54,354 nucleotides of DNA from positions 1 to 54,354 of the forward strand of contig NZ_LSUQ01000014.1 of assembly GCF_001642725.1 (NCBI RefSeq), given 5' to 3'. Position 1 is the first letter of the stretch. Each line of letters begins with the position of its first letter. The notes beneath the pieces are model-generated. The model was not told where the DNA came from. It saw only the letters and a program-made list of their open reading frames with translations, and searched no databases. The DNA is from Ferroacidibacillus organovorans. GTDB lineage: Bacteria; Bacillota; Bacilli; Alicyclobacillales; SLC66. Both the position numbers and the translations under genes were made by a program. This document shows, piece by piece, positions 49,444-54,354 of the stretch.

Positions 49444-49665
49444 TTATCTCAGTGGCTCTAGCGTCAGGATGGGATCTCCCTCATTGACAAAATCACCTGG
49501 ATTTTTATGAATCGTTGCGACACGACCTGCGACAGGCGATGAAAAAGGGACTTCCATTTTCATCGATTCGAGTATGTACAGATCTTCACCCGCGGAAACG
49601 GTCTGCCCTACAGTCACCAGAACCTGATACAATGTCCCCGCCATTTCGGCTGTAAACGCCTGCAT
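49444..49665 (-). CDS. Stand-alone biotin carboxyl carrier protein
   Basis: LESMKME biotinylation motif, 73 aa. SD GGAGG. Confidence 0.92.
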   Translation of the reverse strand: MQAFTAEMAGTLYQVLVTVGQTVSAGEDLYILESMKMEVPFSSPVAGRVATIHKNPGDFVNEGDPILTLEPLR

Positions 49666-49820
49666 CGAAATACCTCCCTCGCCATCTTTTTTCTCCCGAC
49701 CGTTTGTTTGATACTCCCACCACGAGCAACGACGCAGCTTGCCCGGGGAATGACATCTTCACTTGGAGTGTAGCGAACCTTTGGTGTATTGTACAGGAGG
49801 TAACCATTGGGAGTGATGAA

Positions 49821-50588
49821 ATGAGTCAGACCCTGTCAACAACGAGACCCTTGTTCGGTCAGACCGCCATCGTCACAGGCGCATCGCGAGGCATCGGTCG
49901 CGCCATCGCGCTCGCGCTCGCCAAAGCAGGCGCGAATGTAGCCGTGAATTACTTGACACGCGAAAAAAACGCGCGCGAAGTGGTACTGCACTGCCGCAGT
50001 TACGGCAGTAATGCCTTAGCGATTCAGGGAAATGTGACCCTAAAGCCGGATGTTACTCGCTTGTTTGAGGAGGCGTCAATGGAACTCGGCCCCGTGACGA
50101 TCCTCATCAACAATGCGGGTATTGCACAATCACAACTGTTTCTTGACACGACAGAAACCGATTGGGATCAACTGATGAACGCGAATTTAAAAGCACCATT
50201 TTATTGCATTCAGGCGGCGCTCCCCACGATGCTTCGCAAACAATACGGACGCATCATCAACATCAGTTCGATTTGGGGCATTGCAGGCGGCTCCTGTGAA
50301 GTCGCCTATTCAGCCTCAAAAGGCGGATTGATCGCGCTGACCAAGGCGCTCGCAAAGGAACTCGGCACAACCGGAATTACGGTCAACGCGGTCGCACCTG
50401 GCGCGATTGACACAGAGATGATCCAGGCGCTCACAGAGGAGGACCGCGCGCGAATCAGCGCAGATACACCTGTAGGGCGTCTCGGTACGCCTGACGACAT
50501 TGCAAACACGGTGCTCTTTCTGGCAAGCCCACAGACGTCCTTTTTGACAGGACAAATTATCAGCCCAAACGGCGGTCTGCTCACCTAG
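49821..50588 (+). CDS. ymfI: SDR oxidoreductase, probable EF-P 5-aminopentanone reductase YmfI (FabG-like)
   Basis: TGASRGIG, NNAG, and ISSIWG...SCEVAYSASK, a YmfI-like signature. Confidence 0.72.
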   Translation: MSQTLSTTRPLFGQTAIVTGASRGIGRAIALALAKAGANVAVNYLTREKNAREVVLHCRSYGSNALAIQGNVTLKPDVTRLFEEASMELGPVTILINNAGIAQSQLFLDTTETDWDQLMNANLKAPFYCIQAALPTMLRKQYGRIINISSIWGIAGGSCEVAYSASKGGLIALTKALAKELGTTGITVNAVAPGAIDTEMIQALTEEDRARISADTPVGRLGTPDDIANTVLFLASPQTSFLTGQIISPNGGLLT

Positions 50589-50595
50589 ACATGAC

Positions 50596-50633
50596 AAAAC
50601 GGCTCCCCGCACCATGTGACGGAGAGCCGTTTT
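50596..50633. terminator. Bidirectional terminator between ymfI and typA
   Basis: AAAACGGCTC...GAGCCGTTTT inverted repeat. Confidence 0.85.
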
Positions 50634-50662
50634 CTGCCTTTTTCAAAGCTGTAACCTGCGCG

Positions 50663-52483
50663 TTAGACGCGCTGTGAGGACATCTTCTGCGCCTTTTCAC
50701 GATCTGATTTCTTAAGCACACGCTTGCGAATTCGCACAAAGTGCGGCGTAATTTCACACAATTCGTCCTCCGCGAGATACTCAAGCGCTTCTTCGAGTGA
50801 CAGGGTGCGCGGTGTCTTGAGTCGCACGGTGTCATCTTTTGTCGCTGAGCGAACGTTTGACATGTGCTTCTCCCGACAGACGTTGACGACCAAATCCTGA
50901 TCACGCGAATTCTCGCCAATAACCATACCTTCATAGATCTCGGCGCCAGGTCCGATAAAAAGAGTACCGCGCTCTTCGGCTGAACTAATCGCATACGCCG
51001 TTGAGGTGCCCGCCTCACTCGCAACCAGAACCCCATTTTGTCGCTCTGGAATGTCTCCGCGATACGGCTCGTGCCCGTGGTACGTGTGATGCATGATCCC
51101 GTAGCCGCGCGTCGCTGAGAGAAGCTCGTTGCGAAACCCGATCAAACCACGCGCCGGAACATAGAACTCAAGTCGCGTGTTCGAATCGCTCGGCACCATC
51201 TGCACCATCTCCGCGCGCCGCGAACCGAGTTTCTCCATCACGGTACCCACGTACTCTTCCGGTACATCAATGACCAAGTGTTCAATCGGCTCGAGCAGTT
51301 CGCCCGCCTCATTGCGTCGGAAAATCACGCGCGGTTTGGAAACTTGCATCTCGTAGCCCTCGCGACGCATCGTTTCAATGAGAATCGAGAGATGCAACTC
51401 ACCGCGCCCCGAAACGAGCAGCGAATCAGGGCTCTCTGTATCCTCGACGCGGAGGCTGACATCTCGCTCAAGTTCCGCGTAAAGACGACTGCGCAATTTG
51501 CGGGATGTGACATGTTGACCATCCTGCCCGATAAATGGGCTGTCATTCACCGAGAACGTCATTTGCAGCGATGGTTCCTCAATCGAAAGACTCGGCAGCG
51601 CCTCCGGAAAGTTGACGTCCGCCACCGTGTCACCCACCATCAAATCGCCGAGACCCGCGATCGCGACGATGTCTCCCGCCTCAGCTTCCGCCCACTCCAC
51701 TCTGCGCAATCCTTGAAACCCATACAACTTGCTGATGCGCTGATTGACAGACGTTCCATCTGCTTTGAGAACAACCACCGTTTGCCCAGACTGCACCTTA
51801 CCTCGAGCAATGCGCCCAATCCCAATGCGTCCCATAAATTCGTTATAGTCAAGGATGCTCGCCTGCCACTGAAGAGGAGCGAACTCATCCACATTTGGCG
51901 CTGGAATCGTTTCAAGAATGGTGTCAAACAGCGGGCGAAAATCCGTTCCCTCAACTTCCGTATCGAGCGTTGAGATGCCGCGAATCGCCGATGCGAATAC
52001 GACAGGAAAATTAATCTGTTCGTCGTTTGCGCCGAGTTCCATAAAGAGTTCGAGCACCTCGTCGACCACTTCAAGCGGGCGCGCCATTGGACGGTCGATC
52101 TTGTTGACGACGACGACCGGCTTTAGCTCCTGTTCAAGCGCTTTACGCAAAACAAACTTCGTCTGGGGCATACAGCCTTCAAACGCGTCGACGACCAGCA
52201 ACACGCCGTCTACCATCTTCAAGATGCGTTCAACTTCACCGCTAAAGTCAGCGTGTCCAGGCGTATCGACAATGTTTAGAAGCGTGTCTTGATACGTGAT
52301 GGCCGTGTTTTTTGCAAGAATCGTGATCCCGCGTTCGCGCTCTAGATCATTCGAATCCATCACGCGCTCAACCAGATGCTCATTGTCGCGAAAAACACCG
52401 GACTGCCGCAACATTTGGTCGACGAGTGTTGTTTTTCCGTGGTCTACGTGTGCAATAATGGCCAAATTTCTCATCAATTTCAA
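50663..52483 (-). CDS. typA: Translational GTPase TypA/BipA
   Basis: [40 protein letters not shown] and EITP..VRIRK. Confidence 0.98.
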   Translation of the reverse strand: MKLMRNLAIIAHVDHGKTTLVDQMLRQSGVFRDNEHLVERVMDSNDLERERGITILAKNTAITYQDTLLNIVDTPGHADFSGEVERILKMVDGVLLVVDAFEGCMPQTKFVLRKALEQELKPVVVVNKIDRPMARPLEVVDEVLELFMELGANDEQINFPVVFASAIRGISTLDTEVEGTDFRPLFDTILETIPAPNVDEFAPLQWQASILDYNEFMGRIGIGRIARGKVQSGQTVVVLKADGTSVNQRISKLYGFQGLRRVEWAEAEAGDIVAIAGLGDLMVGDTVADVNFPEALPSLSIEEPSLQMTFSVNDSPFIGQDGQHVTSRKLRSRLYAELERDVSLRVEDTESPDSLLVSGRGELHLSILIETMRREGYEMQVSKPRVIFRRNEAGELLEPIEHLVIDVPEEYVGTVMEKLGSRRAEMVQMVPSDSNTRLEFYVPARGLIGFRNELLSATRGYGIMHHTYHGHEPYRGDIPERQNGVLVASEAGTSTAYAISSAEERGTLFIGPGAEIYEGMVIGENSRDQDLVVNVCREKHMSNVRSATKDDTVRLKTPRTLSLEEALEYLAEDELCEITPHFVRIRKRVLKKSDREKAQKMSSQRV

Positions 52484-52552
52484 CGGAAGATTCCACCTTC
52501 ATTAAAGTTGCCAATGGAGATTGACACTTCATTGTATCATAGAATTCTCAAA

Positions 52553-52657
52553 TTAACGAGCCCCTGAACCAAATTTAAACCCATACCATATGCTGATGGA
52601 AAGGAGCAGTACCGCAAGGGTGTAGACGATGACGCGCAAGCGTTGATTCGTTCTCAT
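52553..52657 (-). CDS. 34-aa single-TM mini-protein (Prli42/DUF4044-like)
   Basis: MRTNQRLRVIVYTLAVLLLSISIWYGFKFGSGAR: basic N-terminus plus one hydrophobic helix. Confidence 0.5.
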   Translation of the reverse strand: MRTNQRLRVIVYTLAVLLLSISIWYGFKFGSGAR

Positions 52658-52731
52658 CTCCTTGCGCTCGTCGAGCTTGCTGGAATACACCACGTGTAGA
52701 CGATGACGCGCAAGCGTTGATTCGTTCTCAT
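52620..52731. repeat. Perfect 38-bp direct repeat pair separated by a 36-bp unique spacer
   Basis: GTGTAGACGATGACGCGCAAGCGTTGATTCGTTCTCAT at 52620-52657 and 52694-52731. Confidence 0.95.
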
Positions 52732-52799
52732 ACTTTATGCCCCCCATCATAACGTAACATCACGTATCCACGGTGCATACCGCGGGCTTGAGGTGTCGA

Positions 52800-53273
52800 A
52801 TGAAAACAAACGTACGAAAGAAAAAAAAACAACCCGCCGCACTGTCCCATACTGCTCGAAAGCGACTCGTCTCAGAGAGTCGCGCGCTCGGGCTCACGCA
52901 GCGCGAGTATCTCGAACTGATCACCCAGTTGGCTGCCACGCTGCGCCAAAATGTATGGCCCAAACCGATTAAAAACAGTGAAATTTTGCGCACAATCGTT
53001 GAGAATCCTGCCCTGTTACAGATGATGGTGTCACTCGCTGGAACCCTTTATCGTTCAACGAGAGACGATGAGGAAACGAAGATTGAAGCCACTTCTGACA
53101 AACCAGATGCGGGAACCAGCACAGAGCGCGATGCAACTGCTGAGCGCGCGCATTCTCTCAATACGGTGCGTTCGGCGGCGCCCGCACCCTCACCCGAACG
53201 CGCTCGCTATGTTCGTGATCCCTTGACAGGAAGACCTATCGCCATTCACGCTCCAACCCATTCTCCACAGTAA
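52800..53273 (+). CDS. Hypothetical protein, possible N-terminal ribbon-helix-helix-like segment
   Basis: SD GAGGTG and ATG at 52800; basic N-terminus, LSHTARKRLVSESRALGLTQREYLELI; low-complexity C-terminus. Confidence 0.6.
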   Translation: MKTNVRKKKKQPAALSHTARKRLVSESRALGLTQREYLELITQLAATLRQNVWPKPIKNSEILRTIVENPALLQMMVSLAGTLYRSTRDDEETKIEATSDKPDAGTSTERDATAERAHSLNTVRSAAPAPSPERARYVRDPLTGRPIAIHAPTHSPQ

Positions 53274-53317
53274 CAGGATGTTCAAAACGGGAGTAAAGCA
53301 TTTGTGCGTTCGCTGCG

Positions 53318-54354
53318 TCACGGAATGGAAGGCGGCGCAAGCTGGGTGCCCAGCCTGCGCACATTGGTCTCGACGCTTAATCGAATCTTCACAGTAGGGA
53401 GTTGCTTATGCCAATCATAGGCCAGAAGTGCCTGATTGGTCGGAAACTGTGCGCGCGCATAGCGGAAAAAGCGAAATGGATCTGCGCGATCACGAGCGAA
53501 CACGCGCTGCATCAGAAGCATTTCTCTCGAATGGATCATGGCACTCATCGCGCTCGCCAGTTTGCGACGATTGGCCGGCGGGACAAAATTTCCGTTTGAC
53601 TCATCGCCAAGCAATTCCGCCTCGAAAGACTGTTTGATCGATAGCACGGGATGCGGACGAAGTGTCAGGCTCACATGCATAGGTTTCGCATAGCGAATCG
53701 CAAGCGCAACATACCCGCCTTTGCGAATCGGTGAAGGAACGCTCAATACCAAACGCTTTATCGAACCAGATAACAACTGGAGACTGCGCGTTTGCTCTCC
53801 TGTCAATAAATCCACCATCTTGTCGCCGCGAAAGACCGCGGTTCCCACATCTTCGACAGGATTGCCGCCGCTTCGATTCACCCCCCCCGGCGTGTCACCA
53901 ATCTCTCGACGAGACAAACCATTTGCTGACCCAGCCGTCTTCTTTTTTTGCGCAGCCACTCGCTCATTCACTGAGAGCACGGGTGCGACCGGATCTTCAT
54001 TCGGCGTTTCCATTTCCGTAAGAAACTGATGAACCTGCATCGACGGCGCAAGCCCTGTGCGTTTTGTCGTGGATTGAAAATCTTCAATCACACGCGTAGC
54101 GGACGTTTCCAAGACCGGTTTATCGTGTAAAAAGATATTAGAGATCGCACCTTTTGTAATAAAAAGAAACAGTGTTCTGCGAAATTCACGATACCGTGTA
54201 AGCGTGTTTAAATAAGGGAGCATCCCTTCACGCGCGACATTTTCGCTCACCATGACAGCGGCCAAATGAGAGAGGTTGATCGTTCGCTCCACCCCGGCGT
54301 TCATGACGTTTAGCGCTTCATTCAGCGTGTATCCACTCGCTGAGACAATCGGGG
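53318..54354 (-). CDS. Ger(x)C-family spore germination receptor lipoprotein (5' end beyond window)
   Basis: Frame is open to the window edge (..SASGYTLNEALNVMN..RTINLSHL..VAREG); GTAVFRGDKMV; DPF..YAR..F...DW C-terminal pattern. Confidence 0.85.
   Translation of the reverse strand, partial: PIVSASGYTLNEALNVMNAGVERTINLSHLAAVMVSENVAREGMLPYLNTLTRYREFRRTLFLFITKGAISNIFLHDKPVLETSATRVIEDFQSTTKRTGLAPSMQVHQFLTEMETPNEDPVAPVLSVNERVAAQKKKTAGSANGLSRREIGDTPGGVNRSGGNPVEDVGTAVFRGDKMVDLLTGEQTRSLQLLSGSIKRLVLSVPSPIRKGGYVALAIRYAKPMHVSLTLRPHPVLSIKQSFEAELLGDESNGNFVPPANRRKLASAMSAMIHSREMLLMQRVFARDRADPFRFFRYARAQFPTNQALLAYDWHKQLPTVKIRLSVETNVRRLGTQLAPPSIP

Noticed and set aside
150..52292. Many long alternative-frame and antisense ORFs (e.g. 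7663-8508 +, 17525-18313 +, 19081-19959 +, 51278-51973 +)
   Set aside because: They overlap well-conserved genes, have Arg/His-rich non-protein-like composition and show no recognisable motifs; typical shadow ORFs.
52620..52731. Calling the repeat-spacer-repeat a bona fide CRISPR array
   Set aside because: There are only two repeats, no cas genes, no GAAA(C/G)-type repeat end, and the repeat is coding sequence. Kept as a repeat and as a hypothesis.
1..54354. tRNA/rRNA genes, transposases, prophage or defence genes
   Set aside because: None recognised; the intergenic gaps are short and largely explained by regulatory elements.

Overview
About 54 kb of chromosome from an endospore-forming Bacillota (Firmicutes) bacterium. 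The moderately high GC and the gene set suggest Bacillales, possibly Alicyclobacillaceae; this is an inference. Most of the window is core, minus-strand sequence. In increasing coordinate order it holds the PyrR-attenuated pyr operon (pyrR-pyrB-pyrC-carA-carB-pyrK-pyrD-pyrF'), rluD, lspA, yteA, a DUF5665 gene, ileS with an Ile T-box, divIVA-ylmH-ylmG-sepF-ylmE-pgeF, ylmC, spoIIGA-sigE-sigG, the full dcw cluster (mraZ to ftsZ, with spoVD and spoVE) and bshC. The last 10 kb is accessory-like: comFB, a P1B-ATPase-like gene, two small membrane-protein genes, an acyl-CoA carboxyltransferase with its biotin carrier, ymfI, typA, small hypotheticals and a partial Ger(x)C gene. Four observations stand out. 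(1) An intact P1B-type ATPase homologue lacks DKTGT, TGES and GDGxND. It lies beside two FezA/DUF5132-like membrane proteins whose divergent sigmaF/sigmaG-like promoters share one palindromic -35, which makes this a candidate forespore, ferrosome-derived module. (2) A perfect 38-bp duplication flanks a 36-bp unique insert at the start of a mini-gene, resembling ectopic Cas1-Cas2 spacer integration. (3) A 26-aa hydrophobic ORF with an SD and opposed terminators sits between ftsZ and spoIIGA, like a type I toxin locus. (4) PyrB is a plant-like (ENAxEFSS/HPLPR) aspartate transcarbamoylase inside a Bacillus-type pyr operon. All family calls come from motif recognition by eye; no searches were run. 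Start codons were adjusted using Shine-Dalgarno (SD) sites.
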